Positions 37,421 to 46,236 are shown, counted from the stretch's first letter. The stretch is DNA of 49,131 bases from a virus (IMGVR_UViG_3300020593_000122:1-49131), one strand, 5' to 3'. The notes: generated from the sequence alone by a model not told the origin. Made by a program: numbers and translations.

Positions 37421-37678
37421 ACCAGCCAAGCGATAGAACAGGCCAATGGCTCTTCGGAGCGGCTAGGCCCAGGGCGCATGCACCGCCCCTGACGAAAGAT
37501 CGAGTGCCCTTCCCCGCGCGCCTGGCTTCCGGAGCGTCGCTATAGAACGCATGGGGATTGATCGGGCATTGCGTGACCTGGAGCCGGCTAAGCCGGGAGT
37601 GGCCAGGCGCGCATGCCCCGGATTCATCCGAAGCGTCATTCATTGAGTGCTGCGCTTCGTATGGACAAGGAGAACGAA

Positions 37679-38020
37679 ATGGCAAACGTCACCTACTACA
37701 GCGACATCAGCGGCGAGCCGGTGGTGCTGCGCTCTCTGGATTGCATGCCAAACACCGAGTTCGGCGCCCGCTGGCCGGGCTTGCGTGGGTTGAAGTACGA
37801 CGGCTTTCAAATGTGGATTGGTCGCGGTCCAGACGGCGAAGTTCTGCCGATGACCCGCAGAGTGTTCCGCAAGGCAAACCCATCAAACCATCGGTGCAGC
37901 GCCCGTTGCCTGAATGCCAAATGCACAGGGCGGGGCGAGTGCGAATGCGAGTGCGGCGGACGCAACCATGGGCTGGGGATGTTCGCAAATCTTGGCGATG
38001 CATTGAAGGTTGCCGCATGA
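37679..38020 (+). CDS. Cys-rich hypothetical protein (113 aa), putative Zn-binding
   Basis: AAGGAG RBS; HRCSARCLNAKC.GRGECECECGGRNHG. Confidence 0.75.
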   Translation: MANVTYYSDISGEPVVLRSLDCMPNTEFGARWPGLRGLKYDGFQMWIGRGPDGEVLPMTRRVFRKANPSNHRCSARCLNAKCTGRGECECECGGRNHGLGMFANLGDALKVAA

Positions 38021-38217
38021 GCAAGATCATCGACATCGGCCCATTGCAAAGTTTGCGCCAGGATCAGATCGAGCGGGTCAAGATGGATGAGTCCCTGGGG
38101 ACCTATCCCACCGCCAGACTGATCATGGCGGCGTTTATGCGACTTGAGCATGCGGGGCAACTAGCTGCCAAAGAACGCAAGGCGGAAGTGGAGCGAGCAG
38201 CAAGGCAGCGATTCTGA
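38017..38217 (+). CDS. Hypothetical protein (66 aa)
   Basis: ATGA overlap with the previous gene. Confidence 0.6.
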   Translation: MSKIIDIGPLQSLRQDQIERVKMDESLGTYPTARLIMAAFMRLEHAGQLAAKERKAEVERAARQRF

Positions 38218-38263
38218 AACTGATAGCAGCCCCGCCCCGGTTCGCCGGGGCAGTACTGAGGGA

Positions 38264-38389
38264 ATGACCATGAGCCAGAAAGAATGGAAAGAGTTCGCCC
38301 GCCTGAGCGGGAAGTGGGCAATGGGCATCGCAACACGGCGCGAAATCATGCGCTATCTGGAATTGTCCGATAAGGCGCGCAACGCCTAA
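38264..38389 (+). CDS. Small hypothetical protein (39-41 aa), not in the ORF track
   Basis: GAGGG RBS; (MT)MSQKEWKEFARLSGKWAMGIATRREIMRYLELSDKARNA. Confidence 0.5.
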   Translation: MTMSQKEWKEFARLSGKWAMGIATRREIMRYLELSDKARNA

Positions 38390-38437
38390 CAGCCCCAGTT
38401 CATGCCCCGCGTGCGGGGTGGCTCCGAGGAAATAATC

Positions 38438-38830
38438 ATGGAATCCCAAGCCTATAAGGTCGGCATCGAAAGCACCTGCAGCGGCGCGTGGCCGGTGATT
38501 TACGAGGTCTGCTATGACCCCGACACCCACGAAGAATGGAATCGCGAACTCGCGCGCTGCAACTCAGCATTCGCTGAGACGGAAGCGCACCGCAATAGCG
38601 GCGAGGCGGCCACCTGGAACGAAGACCCCAGCGCATTCGAGCCGACCGCCGACAGCAGAGACAGCATCGGCACGGCCTATCTTTTCGCCGCGGCACCGAT
38701 GATGCGCGACGTTCTGCGCGAGGTTTTGCGCACCAGTCAGGACGCGAAGCTGCGCAAGCTAGCGATGGCCGCGCTGGATGAGTCGCAGCCGCCGGCCGAG
38801 CTGCCACTCGAGAATCCCTGCACGCTCTAA
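38438..38830 (+). CDS. Phage hypothetical protein (130 aa)
   Basis: GAGGA RBS; AYLFAAAPMMRDVL resembles the common ANARLIAAAP phage motif. Confidence 0.7.
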   Translation: MESQAYKVGIESTCSGAWPVIYEVCYDPDTHEEWNRELARCNSAFAETEAHRNSGEAATWNEDPSAFEPTADSRDSIGTAYLFAAAPMMRDVLREVLRTSQDAKLRKLAMAALDESQPPAELPLENPCTL

Positions 38831-39087
38831 CAAGCAGGAGGTGGGCAGAGCAAGGTTCTTCCCGCTGGGCTGGCAACCTACTGCCGCAAACACGGGATTC
38901 TGCGCCGAGTCAGCTAAGGCGCAGCCGGGGCCACCTCTGTGATGCGGCGCTTCCGCGGGCGCGAAACCGTGGCTTAGCGGTGGGCTGGAGTTGGGGCTAC
39001 CTCTTCGGCGCGAGCGGTTGCCGGGAATGTATCGAGCTGTTACATTTTGCCGATATCCCGACTTACCCCTATACGAGTGATCTCATA

Positions 39088-39498
39088 ATGAAACACGCAA
39101 ACGCCTTGTGGATCGGCCTCCTGGTGACTCCCGCGCTCGCTCTCTCGGCCACCAAATTCCCCAGTGTCGACGCCAAGGACTATCCAGCAACGCTCCACAT
39201 TCAATCGCTGATTGAAATGTGTGCCAGCGACGCGGGCTATTACGTAGGCATGGCAAGGCTGCGCAACCAGGGCGTCACGGTCGAGGCCGCGATTGAGCGC
39301 ATGTTGCCAGCCTATCCGCGCATCGATAACGCAGAAATGCGGGCTACGCTGGGTGAGCTGTGGCTGCGGCGCCGCTATGACGACGATCGATCGATCAGCG
39401 CGGACCTGGAGACCATTGGTCAGATCGCATTCAACCGGTGCCTTAATCGAAATAACACTCACCTCCCGGTGCGTTACCGGCCGGATTCATTCCGCTAA
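39088..39498 (+). CDS. Putative secreted/periplasmic protein (136 aa)
   Basis: Signal peptide MKHANALWIGLLVTPALA; two Cys residues. Confidence 0.65.
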   Translation: MKHANALWIGLLVTPALALSATKFPSVDAKDYPATLHIQSLIEMCASDAGYYVGMARLRNQGVTVEAAIERMLPAYPRIDNAEMRATLGELWLRRRYDDDRSISADLETIGQIAFNRCLNRNNTHLPVRYRPDSFR

Positions 39499-39518
39499 CG
39501 CCCGCCAGGAATTGGCGC

Positions 39519-40175
39519 TCTACCGGAGGGGAAGGCTAGAACCATCATCGAAGCTGCGGCGAGGAAGGACGCGCGGCAAAGCAGACACTGCGGGGGTCGA
39601 GCCCCTCGATATTGCGCCAGACGCGCCACCCGAGCCGCCAATAAAGACGCGTCAGCCGATTCAAGCCCTGCCCGCTTAGATGATGGCGGAGGCGGACGGC
39701 GATGAGCCCGTAGGCCCCGACGGAAGTCACAGGCTGGGCTCATAGGTGGCTAGGGGCTGACCATCCTCCCGCCGCCATAGCGCGGCTCCCGGCGATTGGT
39801 AGCCGGGACCATCATCCAATGCAGCCTCGCCTTCGGCAACAAACCCGAAGGCCCTGCGACTCGCTGGCAAACGAGAGATAAACACGATGCCTGCGCGCCT
39901 TTGTAGCTGGCTTGGCAAGCTGCGGACGAGGCCAAGGCGCGGGCAGAAGCCAACTGTCGCCGGAATCGTAACCGGCACCATCAAGAAAGAGCGCGTCCCG
40001 TGAAAAAAGCAGAACAGGGCATCCATGCATTGTGAACGGACGGACACAGGGTGCTGCCGCTGTCTGGTTCGTTCTTTTTCTTGATGGTGAAGACGAAAGC
40101 CTGACTGCGTTCCGCGCCGGCCTCCCCGGGCTGCACCGATGCGCCTGCAATGGTTGGTAGAGCGCGCGGCACCAA
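39519..40175 (+). ncRNA. Putative array of structured non-coding RNAs
   Basis: No convincing ORF; long closing stems (39542-39554/39674-39686; 39976-39988/40077-40089) and a repeated helix-ACCA motif. Confidence 0.45.
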
Positions 40176-40208
40176 CTCCCCCGTTCCCGCCCCCCCAGGA
40201 GAGCACCG

Positions 40209-40286
40209 ATGGCAGACGCCCTGAACAGGTTTCTGGACGAACTTTTCGACCTGCTGGCGAACCTGACCGACATGTTCGGCGGCTAG
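40209..40286 (+). CDS. 25-aa amphipathic peptide, not in the ORF track
   Basis: CAGGAGAG RBS; MADALNRFLDELFDLLANLTDMFGG. Confidence 0.55.
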   Translation: MADALNRFLDELFDLLANLTDMFGG

Positions 40287-40335
40287 CTGGCACACCGCGG
40301 CGCCCGGCCGGCGCCATCCCACCACGAGGAAAGCA

Positions 40336-40518
40336 ATGGCATCGATCCAAGCAGGCGGAACCTATGCCCTGAAAGGGCCCAAGGGCAAACCGCCGACCAA
40401 CGTTACCGTGACCGAGGTCAAGCGCAAGGGGCTGGGCTACACCGTCCATTTCACCGACGGCAAAAAGCCCCGCAGCCTGTCCCTTGCCAAGTTCCGCGGG
40501 CAAATCATCACGCCCTGA
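40336..40518 (+). CDS. Small basic hypothetical protein (60 aa)
   Basis: GAGGA RBS; Lys-rich, beta-strand pattern. Confidence 0.7.
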   Translation: MASIQAGGTYALKGPKGKPPTNVTVTEVKRKGLGYTVHFTDGKKPRSLSLAKFRGQIITP

Positions 40519-40624
40519 AGCCCGCCGCCAGCCTGAACGGCGCACAGGCCCATGCCGGACATGGTCAAAGCCGTATCCCTTCCCCAGCGCGGCGCTCCCC
40601 GCGCTCCCCCGAGCCGAGTCAATC

Positions 40625-40906
40625 ATGAACAAAGCCAACATTCTGGCGGTCGCCGCGCTGGTCGTCGCCGTCAGCGGCGCTCTATTCGCTGCTGGCAATG
40701 CCGTGCATCTTCGCGACCAGAAGCTGCTCGCCGCCGACGACCGAAATCGCGCCACGCTGGTGTCGCGCAGCTGCGGCAAGTCCGGCCGGCTGCTGCAGGA
40801 CCCGTTCACCTACGCCTATCTGTGCGTTTGGACCAATCCGGACGGCACGACGCTGACGACGGAAGTCCCGCAATACCCCTATCTCGATCAACTGGCCGCC
40901 AAATAG
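40625..40906 (+). CDS. Hypothetical membrane-anchored protein (93 aa)
   Basis: N-terminal hydrophobic helix, two Cys residues. Confidence 0.6.
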   Translation: MNKANILAVAALVVAVSGALFAAGNAVHLRDQKLLAADDRNRATLVSRSCGKSGRLLQDPFTYAYLCVWTNPDGTTLTTEVPQYPYLDQLAAK

Positions 40907-40925
40907 GCCACAGGAGTCCGCCGAC

Positions 40926-41369
40926 ATGCCCAGCGTCAACAAAGTAATTCTCGTCGGCAACCTAGGGCGCGACCCCGAAGTGCGCTACAGCCCCGACGGC
41001 GCGGCGATCTGCAACGTCTCCATCGCCACCACCTCGCAGTGGAAGGACAGGACCACCGGCGAGCGCCGCGAAGAAACCGAGTGGCATCGCGTGGTCATGT
41101 ACCACCGCCTGGCCGAAATCGCCGGCGAGTACCTCAAAAAGGGCCGCCCCGTTTACATCGAGGGCCGGCTCAAGACCCGGAAATGGCAGGACAAGCACAC
41201 AGGGGCTGACCGTTCCACGACCGAGGTCATTGCCGACCAGATGCAAATGCTTGGCGGGGCCTCCTCCAGCGATGGCGGGCACGCAGCTGACGCGCCAGAC
41301 GGCTCCGACGATCGGCGGCGCCGCACCCCAGCCACAGACGACGCGCACGACCCGGACATCCCCTTCTGA
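40926..41369 (+). CDS. ssb: Single-stranded DNA-binding protein
   Basis: [37 protein letters not shown] and the DIPF tail. Confidence 0.97.
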   Translation: MPSVNKVILVGNLGRDPEVRYSPDGAAICNVSIATTSQWKDRTTGERREETEWHRVVMYHRLAEIAGEYLKKGRPVYIEGRLKTRKWQDKHTGADRSTTEVIADQMQMLGGASSSDGGHAADAPDGSDDRRRRTPATDDAHDPDIPF

Positions 41370-41405
41370 GCCCCTCAGGGCCACCCTTAGCCTGGAGAAC
41401 TACCT

Positions 41406-42305
41406 ATGTGGTTCAAGAATCTGAAGATCTACCGCGTCTCGGCGGACTGGAGCATGACGGCCGATGCGCTGACTGACGCCCTGACGCGGGCAGCATTTCA
41501 ACCCGGCAACGCGCTCGAAATGCAAAGCATTGGCTGGATCCCGCCTCGAGACGGCGGCGCCCTGGTGCATTCGATCGGCGACCAGCTCCTCCTGGCGTTC
41601 CGGACTGCCCGCAAGCTGCTGCCCGCGACCGTCGTCAACCAGGTGGCCCGCGCACGTGCCGCAGATATCGAGGAGCAACAGGGTTTCAAGCCCGGCCGCA
41701 AGCAGATGAAGGAAATCAAGGAGCGCGTCGTCGACGAACTACTGCCCAAGGCGCTGACGGTATACCGCGACACCCGGATCTGGATCGACCCGAAGCACCG
41801 ATGGCTGGTCGTCGATACATCGTCGGATGCCAAGGCAGACGAGGCCATCGGATTGTTGGCCAAGACCGTCGACCCGCTGCCTCTGGAAAACCTGTACGTC
41901 GCGCAGTCGCCGGCGGCGGCAATGACCGGCTGGCTGCTCGACGACGAGGCGCCCCCGAACTTCTCCATCGATCAGGATTCGGAGCTGCGCGGGTCAGGGA
42001 CCAGCCGCGCAGCGGTTCGCTATCTGCGGCAATCCATCGGCGCGGAGGATGCCCGGCGCCATATCCAAGCGGGCAAGCAATGCACCCGCCTGGCCATGAC
42101 CTGGGCCGATCGTGTCTCGTTCGTACTGACCGAGTCGCTCGACATCAAGCGAGTGGCACCGCTGGACGTGCTGAAAGAAGGCAACGACACGGTCATGCAG
42201 AACGACGACGAGAAGTTCGACTCCGACATGGCCTTGATGACTGGCGAAGTCGCCAAGCTGCTGGCCGATCTGGTCGACGCACTCGGCGGCGAGCGCCCCA
42301 ACTAA
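41406..42305 (+). CDS. rdgC: Recombination-associated protein RdgC
   Basis: [27 protein letters not shown] and FDSD..LMTGE motifs. Confidence 0.95.
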   Translation: MWFKNLKIYRVSADWSMTADALTDALTRAAFQPGNALEMQSIGWIPPRDGGALVHSIGDQLLLAFRTARKLLPATVVNQVARARAADIEEQQGFKPGRKQMKEIKERVVDELLPKALTVYRDTRIWIDPKHRWLVVDTSSDAKADEAIGLLAKTVDPLPLENLYVAQSPAAAMTGWLLDDEAPPNFSIDQDSELRGSGTSRAAVRYLRQSIGAEDARRHIQAGKQCTRLAMTWADRVSFVLTESLDIKRVAPLDVLKEGNDTVMQNDDEKFDSDMALMTGEVAKLLADLVDALGGERPN

Positions 42306-42366
42306 CTCCCCTCTTCACCTCGAACCCAATTGAGCCCCACATCGGGGCCTGTCCAGGAGAAGCGAC

Positions 42367-42732
42367 ATGTCCGCGTTCTGCGTGTTCGGCATGACCGAAA
42401 CTGTTGCTCGACGCTTGGCCGAGCGGCAATTCGATACCCATTGGGCCAAGTTGACGAAGGAACAGCGCGACTCCCTGACACCAGAGGATTCTCGAACTTG
42501 GATCGAATCCCGCACTATGGAGATTCTGGAAGGTGACCGAGTCCAGCAAGTGAGCCCGCCGTTTGATGCCCCACAGTTCGCGCGAGAGTGGATCGACCTG
42601 GCGCGGCGGACGGCTAAGGCCCGGCGCTGCGAGGTCATGGTCCGCTGCGAGAAGCGCGACCGGCACGGCGCCCGCGTGATCAGCAAGGCGACTAACCTTC
42701 CCGTCATGGGGTGGAAAGCGTGGCGCAATTGA
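42367..42732 (+). CDS. Hypothetical protein (121 aa)
   Basis: AGGAG RBS; QVSPPFDAPQFAREWI. Confidence 0.7.
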   Translation: MSAFCVFGMTETVARRLAERQFDTHWAKLTKEQRDSLTPEDSRTWIESRTMEILEGDRVQQVSPPFDAPQFAREWIDLARRTAKARRCEVMVRCEKRDRHGARVISKATNLPVMGWKAWRN

Positions 42733-42782
42733 TACGGCTCAAGCTGACACCTACCGCAAAGCGAGGAGCGGCCCCTCTGCGT

Positions 42783-43373
42783 TCAAGCCGGAGCGTGCCT
42801 ACGGATGATCCGTTCGACCTTCTCGGCCAGCTCCTTCGCTTGCCGGCTCGTTGAACTAAATACCGCTCGCTCTGGCGACAATGGACGAGAAAGTTCCATT
42901 CTGCTCAGTAGATCATGCAGTCGATCGGAGTCCGATATCGCCTCCGCCACCTCCTGCGCCTCAGCGTTCAGCACGTAAAGCTCTCCAGAATGCTGAATCA
43001 AGCGCCTGGCATCAATCATTGGAAGTGCGGTGTTCAACGCATGGAGAGTCGCGCCGTCCGCCCTCTCCCCGACAGCAACGCGCAACAAATCGCCCATGGC
43101 CATTTCAACTTCGCGGCATCCAGTGAGCACGCGACCGAGCCACGGCAGCACAAGCCAGCGCACAACCTGAGCCCTGTAGCGGTCTCTCCGCGCTTGCTGA
43201 TATAGGGGGATCAGTCCGAAGACCAGGGCCACGACGACCGCCCCGAAAGTACCGACCGCAGTGAGGAGCTCCCACCATCTGGCCTCCGCGGAGGCGTCAA
43301 CACTCGTAGAAAGCGTCACCCCGACGGCAAAACCTATCGCCGCCAATAGCGCTCCACAAATCATATGCCACAT
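42783..43373 (-). CDS. Antisense-oriented membrane protein moron (196 aa)
   Basis: GGAGG RBS; two N-terminal TM segments (W..LTAVGTFGAVVVAL) and a helical C-terminus. Confidence 0.7.
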   Translation of the reverse strand: MWHMICGALLAAIGFAVGVTLSTSVDASAEARWWELLTAVGTFGAVVVALVFGLIPLYQQARRDRYRAQVVRWLVLPWLGRVLTGCREVEMAMGDLLRVAVGERADGATLHALNTALPMIDARRLIQHSGELYVLNAEAQEVAEAISDSDRLHDLLSRMELSRPLSPERAVFSSTSRQAKELAEKVERIIRRHAPA

Positions 43374-43435
43374 CTTGACCTCCCCTGGGGTAGAGATTTG
43401 GCGCGATCGTACCCCACCTCCACCGGAGTGTCAGC

Positions 43436-44134
43436 ATGACATCCCCCACGATCTTTATCGACCACATGGCGGTCAAGGCCGCTAGCCGCATCAGGGCGAA
43501 AAACGATATCCGCTACTACCTCAACGGGGTGTATGTGGAAGCCACCAAGAAACAAACGCTGGTGGTCGCCACCGATGGGCACCGCCTGATCGTGCTCCGT
43601 TCGGCTGTGGAGAACGACCTGAAGGAGACCATCAGTCTCATCATCCCGGCTGATGCAGCCCGGTGCATTGTCGACGGCTCGCTGGCAAGCCTTCGCCAAC
43701 TGCTGCTCACGCAGGTGCAGAACGGGAAATGGCAAGTTCCGCTCATGAAGTGGGGCATCGATATGACCTTCTACCCCATTGCAGCCAACTATCCCGATTG
43801 GCGAAAGGTGATCCCGAAGTCCGTATCGATGGAGGCGACCAGCCTAAACCCTAAATACGTCTCCGACTTCCACGCGGCGGCCTGCGATTTCTACGGCCTT
43901 CGCAATGTTCGAGGACCGACTGTCGAAGTCGCACAGAACGGCTTGGACGCAGCGCTGGTGTTTCCGTGCCAGCCCGACGAGAACTTCCTGGGCGTCATCA
44001 TGCCGGTCCGAGGGCCCGACAAGCCCCGCACCGAATCTCCGGCGTGGTTGCTGGCCGCTGCCCCGAAGGCCATCGCCGGCAAGTACCTTCGCACCACACC
44101 CTCCACCAGCTCACCTGCCGAGGCCACAGCATGA
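43436..44134 (+). CDS. DNA polymerase III beta-clamp-like protein (partial, 232 aa)
   Basis: DIRYYLNGV, VATDGHRL, NYPDWRKVIP, NPKY and GVIMPVR motifs. Confidence 0.82.
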   Translation: MTSPTIFIDHMAVKAASRIRAKNDIRYYLNGVYVEATKKQTLVVATDGHRLIVLRSAVENDLKETISLIIPADAARCIVDGSLASLRQLLLTQVQNGKWQVPLMKWGIDMTFYPIAANYPDWRKVIPKSVSMEATSLNPKYVSDFHAAACDFYGLRNVRGPTVEVAQNGLDAALVFPCQPDENFLGVIMPVRGPDKPRTESPAWLLAAAPKAIAGKYLRTTPSTSSPAEATA

Positions 44135-45084
44135 CAGACCAAGTTACCGCCCCCGCATCGTTCAAGACCATGATCAAGGACGGAACTATCAAGCGCGCCG
44201 ATGCGATGAAGGTCCGCTACCAGGACATTCGCATAAAAGCGGGTTTCAATCTCCGCGACCTTGATGACGAGTACGAGGCCGGGATTGAAGAGCTGACCGC
44301 CTACGTCCTGGCGGGCGGCACGCTGCCAGCCCTCGAAGTGGTTGCGTTGCCGGACGGTTCCGGCGTGGAGATCGTGGACGGCCACCGGCGCTGGGATGCC
44401 ATCGGCCGCGCCATCGGCCGAGGCGCCCCCATCGAATGGGTGTCGGTGGTGGGCTTCAGCGGGAACGAGTTGGATCGGCAGGCCCGTATATACACCAGCA
44501 ACAAGAACGCCCAGCTGCGCCCGATGGAGGCCGCGCGCGGATTCAAGCGGTTCCGGGGAATGGGCCTGTCCAGCGACGAGATCGCGGCCATTGCTCATTG
44601 CAGCCGCACTCACGTCGAAAACTACCTGGTACTGGCGGATGCGGAGCCGGACGTTCAAGAACTGGTGCGCGCGGGCAAAGTCGCAGCTGATGTGGCTATC
44701 GAAGCCGTGCGGAAGTTGGGCGCGAAGGCCGGCCAGTTCCTGGAGGGCAAGGTCGACCAGGCCAAGGCGTCAGGTAAAGCCAAGGTCACGGCGAGCGCCG
44801 TCCACGGCCGCGCCCTTCCCAAGAAGGTCATTTCCCCCCTGGTGTCGGGGGTGGACGCATTTATCGGCGGGCTGTCGGACAGCCAGAGGGCCGCCCTCAT
44901 GGACCGCCAGGAAGGGCGTAGCGCACCGGAGACTATCGCCGTCGAGACTGGCCTGCTGCTCGATCTGCTCAACGCCCATGGGGCAGTCCAGGCAGCCCGT
45001 GCGCGCCAGGCCGAACGCGACCGCAAGCGCGCCCAAGCGGCCCAGCCCGCAGCGGAATGCCCCACCGAAGGAGAGCGCCAATGA
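44131..45084 (+). CDS. ParB N-terminal domain + HTH protein (317 aa)
   Basis: GFNLR and IVDGHRR motifs, then G.S.DEIA....SR.HV HTH. Confidence 0.82.
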   Translation: MTDQVTAPASFKTMIKDGTIKRADAMKVRYQDIRIKAGFNLRDLDDEYEAGIEELTAYVLAGGTLPALEVVALPDGSGVEIVDGHRRWDAIGRAIGRGAPIEWVSVVGFSGNELDRQARIYTSNKNAQLRPMEAARGFKRFRGMGLSSDEIAAIAHCSRTHVENYLVLADAEPDVQELVRAGKVAADVAIEAVRKLGAKAGQFLEGKVDQAKASGKAKVTASAVHGRALPKKVISPLVSGVDAFIGGLSDSQRAALMDRQEGRSAPETIAVETGLLLDLLNAHGAVQAARARQAERDRKRAQAAQPAAECPTEGERQ

Positions 45085-45203
45085 TCACGGCCCTGAAAGA
45101 GAAAATCGACACCGCCATCGCCAAAGCGCTGGAATGCATGGCCCGCAACCCGAAGCGCGCCGAACGCCTGCTGGGCGATGTGAAGCGGTGGATGGGTGGG
45201 TGA
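45081..45203 (+). CDS. Small hypothetical protein (40 aa), not in the ORF track
   Basis: AAGGAGAG RBS and ATGA overlap; MITALKEKIDTAIAKALE... Confidence 0.5.
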   Translation: MITALKEKIDTAIAKALECMARNPKRAERLLGDVKRWMGG

Positions 45204-45543
45204 ATTGGCTGCGCCTCAGCTTAGCACACGGACTGCGCCACTGCTGGCAGGCGAACACAACGGCATGCGCGTGGACTACACGGGCATGCTCCTGCAGGCG
45301 TCCAACGCACTGACGGTCGGCGAAATAGAGCCTGCATTGGCCGAGATGCTACGACAACTCCAAGAGCACATGACGGAGTTTGGCCTGCGCCGGTATGCAG
45401 GCGACACGGCCGTGGTTGACGAACTGCTACAGCTTTACTGCGTAGCAGAGAGCTCGCGCAAGGCGCTGCATGCCACTGCTGCCAAGCATGCCGCCCAGCA
45501 CCTCGACGATGCCCCTATGGTTAATACAAAATACAGGGACTGA
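45196..45543 (+). CDS. Hypothetical protein (115 aa)
   Basis: GMRVDYTGML...YAGD..VVDE.LQLYC motif; start uncertain. Confidence 0.55.
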   Translation: MGELAAPQLSTRTAPLLAGEHNGMRVDYTGMLLQASNALTVGEIEPALAEMLRQLQEHMTEFGLRRYAGDTAVVDELLQLYCVAESSRKALHATAAKHAAQHLDDAPMVNTKYRD

Positions 45544-45555
45544 ATGAATATGCCG

Positions 45556-46236
45556 TCAATCCCACTGCACGACCGGCAACGCTTTGAGTTTGTTTTTTAC
45601 CTCATCAGCCCACTTAATGTAGCGCTCGGCGTCCTTGAGGGTAATGGTCTTTGGCTGGCTCCAGGCAATATTTCGCAACTCCAACAATTTGCGGACCTCA
45701 GTTGCGAGGTCTGGGTTAATAGCTCTCGCTTCCATCAGGTCGTCAAGCATGCTGCCCACCAGCCGCTTGCGGTTCGTCGGTGTATAACCTTTGGTGCCGG
45801 CAACCCGCCTCAACTCTGCGGCAACCCCACTGAATATCTCAGAAATGATCAAAGAGCCCATCGTGCCGCTTCCGGCAGGGGCTCCGCTGTGAATGAAATC
45901 CGACACGAGATCTTGAACTGCCATCTTGGTATCCGACAGCCTCTTTTGCTGATCTGCCGACGATTGCGGGTTTGGCTCCTTGTCGAGACCTGTAGCCGCC
46001 GGCTTGTCGTCACCCAGCACTATTACGCCCGAGTCGGATTTCCCGGCGACATCCATCGCTTTATGGAAACCGACTTTTCCGCCTATGCCCTCATACGACG
46101 CCATATCGGCGATCTTTACAGCGATTTGCCGACGAAACATCCATATCACAGAGAAGGCGACGATCGGCCAGGCAATGGCCTCTACCAGCGCGACGTTATT
46201 TTTGTAAATCTCGAGCAGAAAACTCGGCACGTCCAT
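45556..46236 (-). CDS. Antisense moron: TM-anchored protein with HEPN-like helical C-terminus (226 aa)
   Basis: GAGGA RBS; AWPIVAFSVIWMFRRQI TM segment; LLELRNIAWS motif; visibly lower GC. Confidence 0.72.
   Translation of the reverse strand: MDVPSFLLEIYKNNVALVEAIAWPIVAFSVIWMFRRQIAVKIADMASYEGIGGKVGFHKAMDVAGKSDSGVIVLGDDKPAATGLDKEPNPQSSADQQKRLSDTKMAVQDLVSDFIHSGAPAGSGTMGSLIISEIFSGVAAELRRVAGTKGYTPTNRKRLVGSMLDDLMEARAINPDLATEVRKLLELRNIAWSQPKTITLKDAERYIKWADEVKNKLKALPVVQWD

Noticed and set aside
37489-37515. CTGACGA followed by AAG, resembling a hammerhead ribozyme core
   Set aside because: No stem II followed by GAAA and no flanking stems in the required arrangement
39519-40175. True tRNA genes
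   Set aside because: No canonical GTTCRA T-loop, D-arm or anticodon-arm geometry; only the helix-ACCA feature is tRNA-like
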